Shown here in pieces: positions 24,281 to 39,200 of a stretch of DNA of 64,000 bases; positions within the stretch are counted from its first letter, which is position 1, and each line of letters begins with the position of its first letter. The notes below the pieces were generated by a model. That model was given only the letters and a program-made list of their open reading frames with translations. It did no database searches and was not told the origin of the DNA. Origin of the DNA: Takakia lepidozioides. Its lineage: Eukaryota > Plantae > Bryophyta. The DNA lies in assembly GCA_030704615.1 (NCBI GenBank), contig CM060733.1:23002001-23066000 (forward strand), read 5' to 3'. The translations under genes were made by a program, and so were the position numbers.

Positions 24281-26669
24281 TCAAGGAAGGGCCTTGAGCA
24301 TAGTTTCTGCATCAGACACTTTGAATTCAGATGGTACTTTTTCCACATTGAGGACTTTGATCTGCCCATTGTCCACAAATGCCGCATACCTACACACCAC
24401 AATGATCCAGTTGTAAGAAATTCTCCCATCTGTGCATAGCATTTCTAAGTGCCCAAAGTGCGGTGTGCTCTACCATGGACACAGGACAGAAACAGACCAA
24501 ATAACTGCAATCACAGGAGCCAGCATTAAAACCCTTGGGGGTTGAAAACAAATGGGTATTACTACAATCTTATTTCCTGATTTCCCATATTCCCATACAA
24601 CTTGTATCCAACCAGAAAGATTACAGAGCCATGCCCTTGAGGCTACAAATACCAGTGAGCACATAAGATCACCAAGGCCTCCAAACTCAAATTAGTACAC
24701 ATGCATGCCTAATGTTATCGAGACAATGTGTTGCATACCTTCACACGTGTTTCTGAGTTCATTGGGTAAGGGCCACTCTCACTCACGGTGCATCTCAGGC
24801 AATGCTGCCTAAGAGGCTTTAGGGTAAGGAGGTGGCCATTGGCCACGATGTTCAATACCATGCTACCCAAATCAGAAATAAGAGTGTCATGGGTGTCAGA
24901 GGATGATAGGAGACAAGCGATAAAAATTAACCACGCACTTGGTCACATTCACAACGATACAGTTCAGGAAAGAAAGGAGAGTCGATAATAAGATCACCAG
25001 CTCTCACAATATTTTGAGTGGAGTATGGGTAATACCGTTTAGAACGAGGCCCAAGGAGAGCAGCTGTCAAGTCCACAGTTAAATCCAGGGATTTATGAAA
25101 CTTGCCCTCAAAATCTCCAAAAAATTGTATCTGCACTTCCAACATTAAACGCGGCAGCCTATTAGTAATTGAGAATCATCAATAGGCTACATTTGTTCCT
25201 TCAATTGCTTTTCCACCCTCCAAAGTTTAGCAAAATGAGTTTTCTCACATTTGTAACTTCGCCCTCTGCTGATTGAAGTAAGCCATGCTGTCACAATTAA
25301 CATCAAGTACTTGCAATAGTAACTAAAGTATCGCTATTTCATTTTTCCTATCTCCAACTAACAAAGAATCCCTTGCATATGGATTTTCTTCCTCCAAAAC
25401 CAGGAAAGACGGAGTCAAAAGTAGATTAAAAATCCTGTAGAATAAAGCACACACATGATGGCTCTTTAAAGTGATTGTTGAGGTTTCCAAAAGTAAGTTC
25501 TTAGAATGTCACCACCAGTATCAAGAAGTACAATGGGAGAGCAGAAAGTGTTTTACCTTGCTTTTTGCACCCAGCTTTTCAGCCCAACCATTCATAGTGT
25601 ACGGGTCATTGACAGAAACACATATGATAGCTTCAACACCTTTTGCCTTCAGGCTGTCAGCGTGCTTCAAAAAGCTTGGAACATGAGATTGAGAGCACAC
25701 CCCTGTGAAAGCACCCTGCATTCATCCACCTCGAAATTCACCAGCATTAGGATTTTCCCTGGTGTAAACGTGTCAGAAACATAAGATTCTAGCACAAACA
25801 GTTTGATGTCTCTCTCTCTCTTCCTCTTGCCCAAGACCCACCATGCTACAAACCCAAAATTATGGATTAGGAAGAGCACTTACAGGAAGGCCAAATATGA
25901 CCACCTTCTTGCCCTTGAGAAAGATCCACCACACACAAAACCACAGCGCACCGTGTCAGCACAGCATTCACTATACTGAGTTGAGCCCTTGCTGCATACC
26001 ATCAATGTGAAGAATATAAAAATTCTCTAGTGCAATCTCACAGTGAAGCTGAATCCACACCTCACCTAACCAAGAAGGTGCAGATACATTCTAGTAGCGA
26101 GGATGACAACCTCTATAGACGGTGTCGCTGTTCCAATTGCTGAGAGAACAAGTAGTCTGTATGAGCAAGTTTTTAAATGGAAACGACCTTGCTCTCGTTA
26201 TGACAGGATCTAGTAACGGTTGAAACGTAAAACCAATGAATGCTATGTCCATGGAGTTGAAAGGGAGTACGGACTCTTGACCATACGAAGGGCTTTTCAC
26301 ATTTATTTCATCTGACAAAATCCGTCCGGTGGATTTTTTGGGCCTGACGAGCTCCTAGCGGATTAATTTCGTCTACACTATTCAATATCGATATACACTT
26401 GGAAGGTGATCACAAGCTTCCTATCCAGAGGCATACAGAGGCATTGGAGAGAAGAAAGAAGAAGAGAGGACATTTGCCTTGAAAATCTTAGACATGGAAG
26501 TGACGGCAAAATTCGAGCTGACGCCCTCATCCCAAGTGCGGGCCTCCTGCAACGAAATGTCCGATTTCAAGTCAATCTCCTTAGCCGCCGAGCTGAAGCT
26601 GGCATACTGCGACTGGCACACGCTGCGCCACAGCGCCTGGCCCCTCCCCCGTACTAGCCCGGCTGCCAT
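24281..26669 (-). CDS. PRXIIF: Type II peroxiredoxin F, mitochondrial (~194 aa)
   Basis: Exons 26478-26669, 25884-25913, 25557-25715, 25036-25130 and 24281-24389 splice in frame. Motifs ARTWDEGVSS, GKKVVIFGLPGAFTGVCSQSHVP, ICVSVNDPY and LLGPRSKR. Arg/Ala/Ser-rich presequence. Confidence 0.95.
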
Positions 26670-26910
26670 CACGCTTCCCTCTTCCTTCCTGTCAAGATTT
26701 CTATCCCCGTGTGACGCAGCCTAGCTACCCCTCTCACACTTGCTCTCTGCCACGATCTCAAACTCATAAGATGCAACACACGGACTGAGAGAGACGACGG
26801 GTCGACCGAGGTTTCATCGGGCTTCTGAAAGCGTAAACTATTCTTACAGACCTGGGTTTCTCCCATTAGATGGCATGGTATGTTGGGCATTGGGATTTTG
26901 TATCCCAAAT

Positions 26911-27300
26911 ATTTTTTTCTTTTTTCTTTTTAATAAGAAGGGGATAGAGGCCTTGTTAATCAAATCAAAGGAGGAGAGGAAAGGGGTCCGTAATCAACAG
27001 TCCAAACAACAAAGAGAGAAAAATAGATTATTGTGAGGCCCAAGCTTGGACACAGACAGAGAATACCGTCACCATGAATTGCCGCAAACAAATCCAACCC
27101 AACTCTTGCTTCTCACTTTGCTTCTCATTTGGCTTCCAGAATACCTGAGGAAACTTTTACGAAGGACTTTCCTTCTACTTTCCCGCTAGAGGCAGCCAAA
27201 TGGTACAAACAGAACGGGAGATGGGATGCAATCTCAAGCAAACTCCTTGAAGATAGGAAGGGAAGGACACACCAAAGCTTGTGATGTCAAATCTGGTACC
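26911..27300 (-). mobile_element. Probable 5'-truncated retroposon remnant
   Basis: T-rich tract at 26911-26931 (poly-A on the minus strand) next to degenerate sequence between two genes. Confidence 0.3.
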
Positions 27301-27513
27301 AGTTCGATCATTCATTGATATTGTTTTCCAATGGGTAGGAGTCTGTGCGTCTGTACGTCTCAGTTCTAACTGACATAAACATGAGATGAAATTCTATTTG
27401 AGGACTAAACCCTAAACCCTAGAGCCTAAACATCGACACAGAGCAATTTGCATTCTGCTGGTTAGTGTTATAACTTTCATGCCCAGGCTCACCAGAGTGC
27501 GATCCAGAGCGTT

Positions 27514-30500
27514 TTAAGAAAGTGAAGCAATCAGTCGTGGACCCAAACTGGTGATGTCACCTGCATGGCACAGAGTAACTTCAGAAATTCATGCTGACCA
27601 AAGACACATGGGCGGACGTCTTCCAGGGTACCCAATTCCCCTTCATCTGGGCCTTAGTCAAGTTGTTGACTTTACTTCTAAGTGCTAGAATCTTGATGTG
27701 TACAAGAATAAGGGAAAGAAAGACATTTTATAAAGAAGAGAACTGCTTCAGCGCACCTGCCCCAAGAGTAAGCAAAACAATGTCACCACGAGGGTCGATA
27801 CCATTGTCGCCAATGGAAGCAAGCTCCAGTGAAAGACACTGCACCACTCCTTCCTGAGATGCACAAAAAGTTATTGATTCAATTTAGCTGTCCCTAAGAC
27901 CAGGTCTCTTCATAAGACCACGCCCGATTTAGTTTTCCAAACATAAACACCTTGTGTTCAAATTAGTATACAATAGAGCAATCCACATTTAAACCTCGGC
28001 CTCAAAGTTGTTCAAGCAAGGGTTGATCCATTGCACAACAAGCAGCATCCAGGCTGCTACTCTGTCACACCAACAGAAGTCTGCTATGCATAGTTGCTAA
28101 GACCAAAACCATCATACCCAACACACACATCATACTCTCCAGTAAACAGAACCAAAAATTTCAAGCAGCTACATTACAGATTGTACGTGCTACTCTTTGC
28201 ATCAACATTGAAGTGCCTGATCTATCTGTGCCCTCTCTTGTTCATGGATCATGGACATCATGGATAGCAGATTATTTAAAGGCTCCTCTGAAGGACCAGC
28301 TGCTGTTAAAATAAAAAATCCTTTTTGATAAGCAGGATGAACAATACAAGATTCCATCAAATTTCCAGCAACCTTCTGCTTGATATGTATACAAACACCC
28401 AACCTTTGTCCTGTTCTTACAGAGCCATAACACCATCCACCCTCGGCGGTCGCATGGTACAAAGCACACATACAACTTAGCAGCTCACTAGTACCCCTTG
28501 ACATTTCTCTTGCAAAAAATTAGAGCACCAAAACTTTTTTGGAAAGTTTTCGAAGGCACTCCTACCAAGTCCGGAATAAAGATGGCTTGGGGACCAATGA
28601 TGGCTGCAGCTAAGTCCACCCCACTGACATTCCACTCAGTTGTTGAGTTCCGTGCTGCATACACCTTGCATTACCACCCAAAGATTTGACGGCACACGAC
28701 ACTGCTGTTGTTTCCAAAGAGAAAACTAGCCAAGCAGTAACCTTCAATTGCTTTAGTGTAAAATCTTAGGCAAGTCTCATGCACTTCTTCAAGCAACAAA
28801 ATCAGCATCTTAAATCACAACTTGGGCCAACTATGTTGAACAATTTCATACATGTGGCCTGATCTGGAAATAAGGAAGGCAAGCGTGGGGTCTAAGATTA
28901 GCACCTATCAGCCACCCAAAAAGCATATGGCTTAGGAAAGAATGAAACAATCTTTGTACCTCCGTCACAATGACCCTGTCTGCAGCACTGAATGCAGATG
29001 CAAAATCTGGTAGAAGTCTTGCCAGCCGACTATGTCAAGCCCACATAGACATTCACTTCACTGATTTTCCACATGCTACCTTGAAATGAAGTGAACTATC
29101 TGATGTAATCCCTCGTATAGTTTTTGGAAAAACATTGAATAAAGCTAGCCAAACAGAACACGCTGCATACCCAAGTATATTTTGCTCCCCCTTCCTACAG
29201 AGGCATACAAGACTTGGAAAGATGGATGACCTGAAAGTATGCGGTTGGAAAACCACCCAGACAGGCTGCTGATCAAAGCGTTGGCGAACAGCCTGGAGTA
29301 CAGCACGGACTTCTGTTGGATGATGTGCGTAGTCATCAATTATGTGACAGCCACAAGCAACCCCAACGAAGTCAAAACGGCGGCGGACCCCTGTAAAGTT
29401 GCCCAAAGCATTGCTGGCTGCCTCAGCAGCTTCCCTCATAGCAATCAATGTGTTGTCCTTGTCCAATGCCAGCAATGACACTACCACAATGACCTGGCCA
29501 ACCCGCTCATCAGTTCAGCAATTCGAATTACAACAACCAAGATGACGTGACGCTCAAATTACAGCAGTCTGACCGGGGGCACATATTTAAAACCAAAGCA
29601 GCAACCCAAAACACCCAACAGGTTGACGAGGCTCAGGGGCTGAAGTAGGATGGTGAGAAAGACTAGCATGATTGACTCTTCTATCTTATTTCAACGAGAA
29701 TTGATTAGGCTACACTACCACAGCTATGCTGCTAAGAAATTTGAGACAAAGAGGCACCACTAGCTACATAGAGGGGAGCGGGTGTGGGTATGCACTTTAC
29801 TGTTGTTACCTAACAACCAGTGTGCTCTGTTTGGGTAGTTGTTATTGCTTCTTTCTCAACCTTTCCAAGTAAGAGCAATTGCCTGAAATAGCTCCTGAGT
29901 CTCACTCATTTGAAGGGAGCATATCAGAAACCAATGAAGCTAATGTCTCCCAATTGCAGCGCTTTTCCATTCACATAGACTGGTTGCCCACCTCAGAGAG
30001 GCGGAATAAGAACAACTACATCAGTCGTCTCCAATGCAGGTGCACATGTTACATATACTCAGGTACATATACTCATATACATGTCACATGTTACATGTAC
30101 TCAGGTAATGGGCTCAAGAGCTCATTGGACCAACCTAATAGACTTGAGTCCACACAAAGGCTTAACCAGCAAACACAAAGCATGCAGCACACCCATCCTT
30201 GAAAGAGCTCCTTCAATTCAATCTGTTAATTTCATTACTGACTGACACATAAAGGTGAACCAGGTGGACAGATCTTGCATCTCCAGGGAAAGACACTACC
30301 AGCTCCCCTGATAACAGCATTTTCATGCAATAAGCACTTAAGCACCACAGCCAATTTGGCAAGCTGCAGAATCAATTCAAGACAAGGGGAAAAAGATACA
30401 TACTGCAAGAGAGTTCAGCACGTTATAGGTGCCAGGCAACCGCAAGCTGACTCGAGCCACAGGTGTGCCTGCATGTACCTGTGGTTCACACCCCAACAAT

Positions 30501-33500
30501 CCAACCACCATCAATGGCTACAACATTGCACCCATTCTATTTCATATGTTTGTGCAACTGATAGACAAATAGACAACTTACATCATTCAAGTAGACATTG
30601 ATAATTGTCAGAGGCTGAGGCTAATAGTGGAAGGATTAAGGCCTCTGTGCATGAAATGCGTGAATGTCCCCGATTGTTTTAAAGTGAATGAACAAGCCCT
30701 CAGGCTCCATGTCTCACACAAAGTCAAGGCATATATTCGTGAACAAAACGTTGAGAAGGTAAATGATAGAGCTCCTGAGAGGCACAAAGACTAACAACTA
30801 CCAGATATAGGGAGTACATAGCTCATTGGACTCGTACGACCATGTGTTATATCCACTCTGCGTCCCTCATCCAAACAACTGACTGCCAGTCTTCCAACAT
30901 ACTTTTCTAATGGTGTGCAACACAACCATGTGGAGCTTTCCTCCCTTGTTCATAAGAGATAAATTGGACTTAAATTCCCTTTTCCCTCCACTAGAAGATA
31001 CAAACAGTAGCAAGATGTTGTACCACGACATAATCTGTCCCGCCTTGGGTGTTAGGAACAAGCATTACTGCACGCCAGTCATTGCCCTCTCCCAGTCCAT
31101 ATGTCACCACCTGCCGAGCATCCTTGGTGCTAGATCCCTCTGTGCGATCGTGCCCTTCTAACACACCCACCAGACCTTTGGAGCCCGCACTGCCCACAAC
31201 TCTATGTTACTTATTTTAATCCCTTCAACTGAGGTCAATATAACTAACGGACACCCACACTCTCCAAGATTACTGCTCTTGTTCTGAACGGAAGTTTTAC
31301 AGTCCAGATCATGAAGACTAGAGCCGGGAGAGCTGAAGGTCACAAAGGCTGGGCATGTTCATCCGGCGCCCATGCTTTCAGTCACAAGAGTCATGAAGAG
31401 TTGCTGAAGACAGCAATGGAGGTGGGCATATTGAAGAAGAAACTGTCTCCCTTCTTCCTGAAGACAATCGTCGAAGGCTTGTTGGCCACTACAGTTCAAC
31501 CCAGACTGGTGCATATGTATATATGCAAACACCATTTGTCCTTGCACTGCTATCATACTCTACAGTGCTCGACAAACAGTAAATCCATAATCTGCGGTGT
31601 TGTTAATTGGAACGATTGCCTTAAGTTGCCATAATTAGGTTGTTCAATCACCCAGACCTCCAGACTCACCACAGTTGTTTTTGAGCAAGTTATCTGATGT
31701 ATCCTCTATGTCAACGTTGTCTCCTGACAGATGGTGCCTCGTACATTTTGGAGGGAGCACGGTCACAAGGCGGCCGAAACAGTCACCTTGGAAGGCTCAC
31801 ATGCCGGCAGTGGAAGGTCGACGTCAAAATCCAAAGTTGGCATAGCCCATTTGGGTGTTTCGGGGCAGGCTGGAGGGAACTGTTCGAGTGAGAAGTTTGG
31901 CAAACGGAAAGCAATCCCACTACCAAGTATCCTTGGATCCATACTGGGTTGAATTCATGGCTCCGCATAGTTGGGATTCGTATCCACCGCTGGGCCAAAA
32001 GCTTGCCAAAGCGCAAGTACGCAATCGAGATTGAATCCGGCCTGTAAACACTGCGGAAGCCAGATACTAATGTTCCACACAATGTAACTAACATGATGAA
32101 GTCATTCCCAACGCATGTTTCCAGCAGGGGTTCAGTTTCCGACGACGCGAGGGCTACGGTGGTAAGGGAGGGCAGGGCATACGCACGGCAGATAAAGAAC
32201 CCCAATTTCATGCTGATTATGAGAGACTCTCAAGTCCACGGCAAGTCTTTGTTGGTGGGTTCTCACTTTTCAGCATCCTCAGGGTTCTTTAGCAGCATTA
32301 GATCTTGAATGAACAGAAGCGCATTGCTATTCAAGCAAGAACCGTGGGCTGCACAACACAGGGCCTGAACATATTCATATCACTTTATTGTTGCTCTTCC
32401 AGACAGCTTTAAAGTCACAAATTCAACCAGGAATACCAGGCAGAGCATAACTAGAAAAGACCACTGCCCCCATGTTTGGCACTCACTTGTCACCACCCAC
32501 CACGAGCAAACCTCCTGGCTTGATCCGCATGACAAACTTTTTGAATATGTCCCTCACTGCTGCCTGTTAAATGCATTTCAAACCACAGACAACCAGCCAG
32601 AATATTAACTTGTACAGAAACTGAAACAAAACATCTCAAGAACAGCTGAAAGATTTTCCATGATGTGCGTGAAAAATACGACCGCAAAACATACAAACAT
32701 CAGAGCCAATGTCAATCTTCTACTGGAATTTCAAGATAGCCCGTTCATCCACCAGTTAAGCTTGGCAATCACCCAACACCCAGGAACAACACATACTTGT
32801 CATCTGCACATTGGAAGACAGACCTCATCAGGAAAGATGTCAACATGTTCCCATTCAACATTGGTCACCACTGCCACAGATGGTGAGACACCCAGGAAGC
32901 AGCCATCATACTCATCTGCCTGCATTGCAGTGCACCATCCATAGTTGCAGTCAAGTAATTACCACATTAACGGACGTCTTTCTCTCTCACCTGAGACCTA
33001 GTTTACCTCTCCTTAAAATCAGACTCCATCCTCCTTTCCTCCCTTGTCAGCAGCTTTTCTATCCTCAAAAGACAGAAACATTTCCATCCCAACCCATCAT
33101 GAGCATCTATTAACCCTTGCAATAATACAGAATACATGAAAAGAGTACCAGTCAGTCAACATGCCTGCTGTGCGGAGGGTGAACAGGGCACACCTCTAAA
33201 ACAAACCTCTTCCCTTTTCCAAACATTGCATTTCCCCCTTTTGGAAACTGCCAGCCATGATACAACCCCTCACTCAGCAAAGTACAGGCATGGCATACAG
33301 TGCATGACCTAAAAACTACAATCACCTGCCTGTTGCTGTCAATAGACAACGCTGCTTGTGGATCCACAATCACACGTACACATTCAATAGGTAAAGGAAC
33401 ATGTCTGGATCAAACTGCCAATAGAGGAGCACACTGCCTTGTTTTGTACAGCGCTGAACTGGCTCCCTTTTGTTGTAAGCTTTACAGAAAGCTCATTTGG

Positions 33501-35292
33501 CACAACTGCTCTATACAGGTACGGTCTACAAGTCAGGCTAAGAGGATAGAATCCCATAACCATATCATTCCCTTCAGGAGGATAAGGCCCCCTTGTAAAC
33601 ACTCATAGGTCCCTAAGAAACTGTTTCGACAAATGCAGACGGTACAGTTTGCAGTATGTGAGAAGACCTAATTGAGGCAGACCAGAGGTGAAATGCACTT
33701 CGACTGGCTTTCAATCACGTTGTGACTCACAATGACGGAATTCCCCTCAACCTGTTCCTCCACAAACACAGTCCATTATTCCTCAGATAAAATGGGGGGT
33801 CATGAGAATTACCTGCGGAACTTGGGCACCCACAACGACAGTGATGTCATCACCAAGGCTCTGAAGAGCCAAGGCTAGCATTGCCACTGTCGTGCTCTTT
33901 CCTGCACCCGGCTACCATACAAGCTGAGAGTTTTGATTCTATGCTGTCAAAACCTGAAATAATTAAAAGTTGCCTACATGATCTCAGTTAAATAATGAGT
34001 CATAGGGATCCCAGGATGTACCATGAGAACCAGCAACAGCAATCAGTTCATAGCCTTCTGTAAGTCTACCCAACCAAGCATCCCTCTTGTAGCTGCAGCA
34101 ACCCACCACCGTGTCAGTCACTTGCATAAGCAGAGCTGTAAAACTGCCAAACAAAAGAAAATCTCTATGCACCTTGATTCTACTGGGTTTGTTCAAGCAC
34201 TGAGAAATTTCCAGAAGACAGAGAGCCTCACATGGGCACACCAAGAGCATGCGCTGCATCTACCTCCTCATTGCCTGCAGCTATTGCACTTGATACCACT
34301 ACTGCATCAGGCACAGGAGCCCCGTTAGGCAACATGCTATTGGCGCAGTGGCTGACATATACACGGGCGCCTGCTTCGTGCAAGGTCTCCACCTGCTCAC
34401 TCCACGCCATATCTGATCCACTCACCCGCCACCCCTGCCTTTCCAACTCCCAGCTTCAGGACATTCCCGGAACATTCATTTCAAATTATAGCCCTACCCA
34501 CTCCATGCTTTCCAATGCAGGTACATAGCTCCACAAGCCCCCGGTTCAAAACAGCCCTACTGAACGTCAGCATCAGGTAGCTGTTACAAGTTGTGAGGCA
34601 GGGGAAAACTGGCTAAGAAGCGATTGCTCAAGCTCAATGTGTGCGCTTGTCTCCCAATCCTCCATACTCAGGTATCCAAACCTAACCCACTCGGTACTCC
34701 TCAGGCTGAGGACAAAAGGAAGGGTGCTTTATGGATTGCGCATTTGACAGTTTCCAGCTGGTGTCCCCCTCCCAACTGTCAATTACCTACACGATTCACT
34801 GGACACTTAGGTACAAGCTTCTCTACCAATTCGTAATTCCCCGCAATTCATGAGAATTTGATAGAAAATGCACTGGCAGCGTACCTGTTGCAATGCAAGC
34901 AGGGCAAGTGCAGAAAGGCCCGCTCCACCAACTCCGACAAAATGGACAGATCCTGGACCGCCGGAGACCTCTTCTGCCCTGCATTTAGCCCCCGCCAAGA
35001 TACCCTGCCGCATCCTCAGCCTTACTCGTCCAATGTGCTTGTTTCTCAAGCTGGGCCTACCGTTACTTCTTTGCCCAAAACTTGCTTGGCCATACATCGC
35101 CAACCGGCTACCCACATTGCTGCAGCGTGTGGAGATCGGAACAACCCTAATGACACTCTCTCTCGGACACAAGTGCAGCTGATCCCTCATCGCTAAGAAG
35201 ATGGCCAAGCTTCTTGTGGATCCATCGACTGCATGAGACGGCTTCTTCTGGTTCAGTCCTTTCCCCCCTTGGCTGAAATAGATGAATTTCAT
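27514..35292 (-). CDS. MurC: UDP-N-acetylmuramate--L-alanine ligase (plastid peptidoglycan synthesis), ~14 exons
   Basis: Exons in order encode [19 protein letters not shown]...[22 protein letters not shown] (P-loop), [13 protein letters not shown]...[44 protein letters not shown]...[10 protein letters not shown]...FQPHTF, VYAAR and [16 protein letters not shown]. Stop at 27514-27516. The start codon is uncertain; 35292 is the most upstream ATG. Confidence 0.95.
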
Positions 35293-36212
35293 CCCTAATT
35301 TTAGATGAAACGTAGATGTAGATTGACCCTTCTATAGGAGATGGATGAATAGATGATGGATGGAGGACAGATATAAGGTAGAAGAATGTGAAGGTGGCAC
35401 AAGGGTAGTAGAGGGGTTTTCTCTTTTAGTTTTGTGAAGGGACTAGGGCCCAGCAGCAAGTCAGTCAGGGGCAGTGCTCCCCCAACAGGAATGATATGTG
35501 AACTGGCTGGAATCAAAGGTTTTCTTGGACCATTTCATTCAACTCACTCTTGTTTGGTTTGATTTGCAGATTGGTCAAGACAGAGGAGTCCAGTTCTGTC
35601 CAGTTCAACGGATACCTGCCGCTGTGGGGCTGCCAGAGACTACAAGAGAGGAGGACAAGAGGGACAACCCCCTGGCTTGGTGGATCACCTTTGGGGTCTT
35701 CTATGGCAAAATCAAGTCGCATCCAAGTAATTGAAGTCTTCGACCCTACAGGCAAGGATTTTCCTAGGTTGCAAAATCGTAACACAGAACACTGCAAATA
35801 TTTGATAATTCAATTGGGCAAGCTACTGCATCTCTTCAGTTTATAAGCTTCACGCCGTTGGAGGCTGTCAATGTGTGCATATAGCAATTCTGAGGAACTG
35901 GCTTTAATGATGGAAACTGTCAGGGTATGATAGCTCTAAACTTACCCCCTCCTGCTGTGGTACTGGCATTCTTCTTTGCCAAACGTGTACAAAGTCTATC
36001 TCTTACAACACTTCATAACCAAATCAGCAACTGGTATCACTGAGGTCCTTCACAGCTCATGATGAGGTCTCCAAGTTGGCTGCTTAAGTCTCCGCCACAG
36101 CATCATGGATGGCAGATCCAGTTGGTGGATGAATCCCCACTGTTGCCTGCTGCTGAACAATGAATAGCTGGGGTCCATGTCGCTCACTCCATTTAAGTAT
36201 AATAAAATTTGC

Positions 36213-39200
36213 TTATCCTCCTTTTGAGGCATTATGTAATTCGACATTGGCGTTCCTTGCCGTGACCTGTTTCTCTTTGTATTTGATGACAGTGTACCAA
36301 ACACCGCCTACTGTGTTGAACGATACGCCCAAAAATATCAATGCTGTAAATTTCACACCTCCAAAGACAAAAAATCCCATAACCTGCAACATTTCAGAAT
36401 TAGTCCATGCCTAGAGACAAAAGTTGAGCATCTAACTAGATGCACCATGGAAATGTTTACTGTGAAAATTCGCTAAGACCTTTAGGTAACAGTAAGATAC
36501 TAACCCTTCTGAAGTCAGTCAGAGTTCTGATCCAGGCCCCAAGGGTCTCAAGATAACATTTACACATAGCTAATGAGAAACTGGTTACAGGGATTGACTT
36601 GGGGGCTAACATCGACATCATACTGAGCGGCAGGAGGGAATTATAGCTGCCTTCCTGAAGACAGGAGGGACATGTGGCAGTTGTTACAGTCAAACTAGGG
36701 ATGAGAATTGAAACAAGTGGCCCCCCGTATCATCTCGCCATGAACTGGACGTATACCATGTGCCTCTTATGTTGTGATATCTTTGCAAACCAGTGCAAAA
36801 AAATACAATCGAGTGATTCCTTGATGTGTTTAGTAATCTCTTTGTAGCCACTAGGTTTGATTGAATAGCGAGGCAAGACATGAGTCGAAAAGGCAATCCA
36901 GCTCCTGATTATCGAGCCAATCGCGACAGATGGCAGGGCAAGATGCTGTACTAAGGGGGAACTCAAAGGCTCATCTGTACCAAATCCTCTCCAAGGGAAG
37001 CCCTTTAGGAAGGTTATTCACAAGAGACCAATGTCCCTTACAAATCTTGTTCCATTGCATACATAAGGACCTCAGACCCTTTCATATAATTGACAGGTTT
37101 TGATGCTCTTCAGAGCCTTGCTCCAGTCTATGTTGTCCTATACAAAAAGCAGCACTTGATACAAGGTGGTACCCTCAATGTTGCAAACAATAGGCACGAC
37201 ATGAGATTGCCAGTTTCAATTTGTCCCAAGTCTTTTCCACAAGAGAAACAGCTGTTCTAAGCAGGAACTTTATCTTTAGTACTTTATGAGTGGTGCTAAG
37301 CATGACGTGTACAAAGCCTTTGACATCCAAATTTTAATGCTGATCTGACCCCTCGCTCCAAAATATTGGAGCAAATCGACAAAAGACAAAAAACAATAAC
37401 AGGTACTACAAGAGAAAACATCACCATGAATTAGAGACTCATACCGTGCCAAGGACACTTCGGAGGGTGCCCACAATTGTGGTAGTAAGGGCCGAATTGC
37501 AGAGGGTACAGAGAAACAAGCAGTAGTTTAACAGCGATCCCATCAGCAACGACGCCACCAAGAGAGGAAGAAACAGAATAGATATCCGGGATTGTGATAT
37601 GATTCCATCTACGGACTCCCACACCTCACCAGTTGCCAGTATCAACACAAGAAGTACTGGTAAGGACAGTACTCCATTATACAACAACAGCTCCGTAGAG
37701 TTAAACCCTGAGGACATCAGATTGGCAAGAACCAAGAACGTTAGTTTCTAATCTTGTTCAACACACATTTCAGAACCAAATAAGAAATTCTAAAGTGCCT
37801 CAAAGAAGTGCTACCTTGCAGACATTTGTCTCCATCAAACCAAAGAGAAACTACCTTTCTTTAAATTCTCATTGGCTGGCACATGCATGTACTCTACACT
37901 CAGATATTTGGCCTGCATAGCGGTTACTAAATAGAAGTTGCACTTCCTCCAGGTTGTAAACACTGAGGTACTTTCTTCAGAAATGAAGGCTATATAAAAT
38001 GAAGCTTGCTACTGCGTGTCATTGGAGACAAGACCCTAGAAACACTTAAGGTCAAGGTGCTTCATCTTTTCCCATCTTTCATGCACCTTTGCATGCCTAG
38101 AGAAAGAGGATTACAGAGACATTGTACACAAAGTACCACTCTATCATCTGAAGCTATCCAAGCTCCAGTGTCTGCATGACCCTTGAAAACCTCTGCACAC
38201 AGAAAAAACTGATGCACTATACCAGCATAAAGGCCACAACTGGTCAATCGCTGAAGCCTTTGCTAACCAAGGTCCAGTAGAGCACTTACATCAAGACTAT
38301 CTACAATCTTGGTCAGATTGCTTCATAGAAGTAATTTGTGGGACCCTGCACATATCCTTCATTTGGAGAACACACTTGCAGATAGAGTACAACAGAAGCC
38401 TAAATAGTGATCAAGTATTGAAGGTGCTTCAGAAGTTCGAGTAATGGACCATCTGACTTGAAAGGCTTTTTGAAACTTATCATAACTTCTGGGAGAATAG
38501 GGGGGTCCCTACATCACATTCATGATAGACCATATCACAAACTCAACCCACCTTTTTCACTCCCTGATCTCTCTACCAGTAGAAGGTAGGTGGTTTGCAA
38601 AGCGCAGCTGATAAGGGCAGCAGAATACCCACTCCACACAAAGCTCAAGTCTCCCATTCCAGCCAAAATGCAACCTGTTCCATATCCACATACAGCTCAG
38701 TTCCTCTCTTTTCTCTGGACAGATACTCGTGTCATTGGCCACATCATTAATAGCAACAGATACTGTTTGCATAGGCACGCTGAGCAGCAGTGTCCCAAGG
38801 AGAAAGAGAAGAAAGGCAGAGAGGAAGCCCCTGACTATATCGTCTTGTGGCTTCTTCCGTTATGAGTTTCCTCCGTGTTTGCTGTGGTCTTTCATGGAGA
38901 GGTTAGACTATTAAACTGGGGTCCTCTTTAAGAGGGGAACAGAAAAAGAGGGAGAAAAAAAGGGTAGTTTTGATCTTGAGATAGACACACATAGGATAAG
39001 GAAGAGAGACTACCTGACACAACAGTCAACACAGAGAGAGTAATTTCTGTAGATGGAGCAGTGCCACCTGTCAGGTATTTTCCCAACAACACCATGACTG
39101 GAGTCAAACGCTTCAGCACATGATATACAGGAATACTTAAGGACTTCACTGCCGCCAACGCAAATCCAACATTTGTGTTGTAAAAGAACACCACAGGCAA

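Noticed and set aside
27405-27430. Telomeric repeat (AAACCCT)
   Set aside because: Only two to three degenerate units, which is common interstitially.
27514-35292. MurC as bacterial contamination or recent horizontal transfer
   Set aside because: It has many spliceosomal introns, an N-terminal extension and plant gene neighbours.
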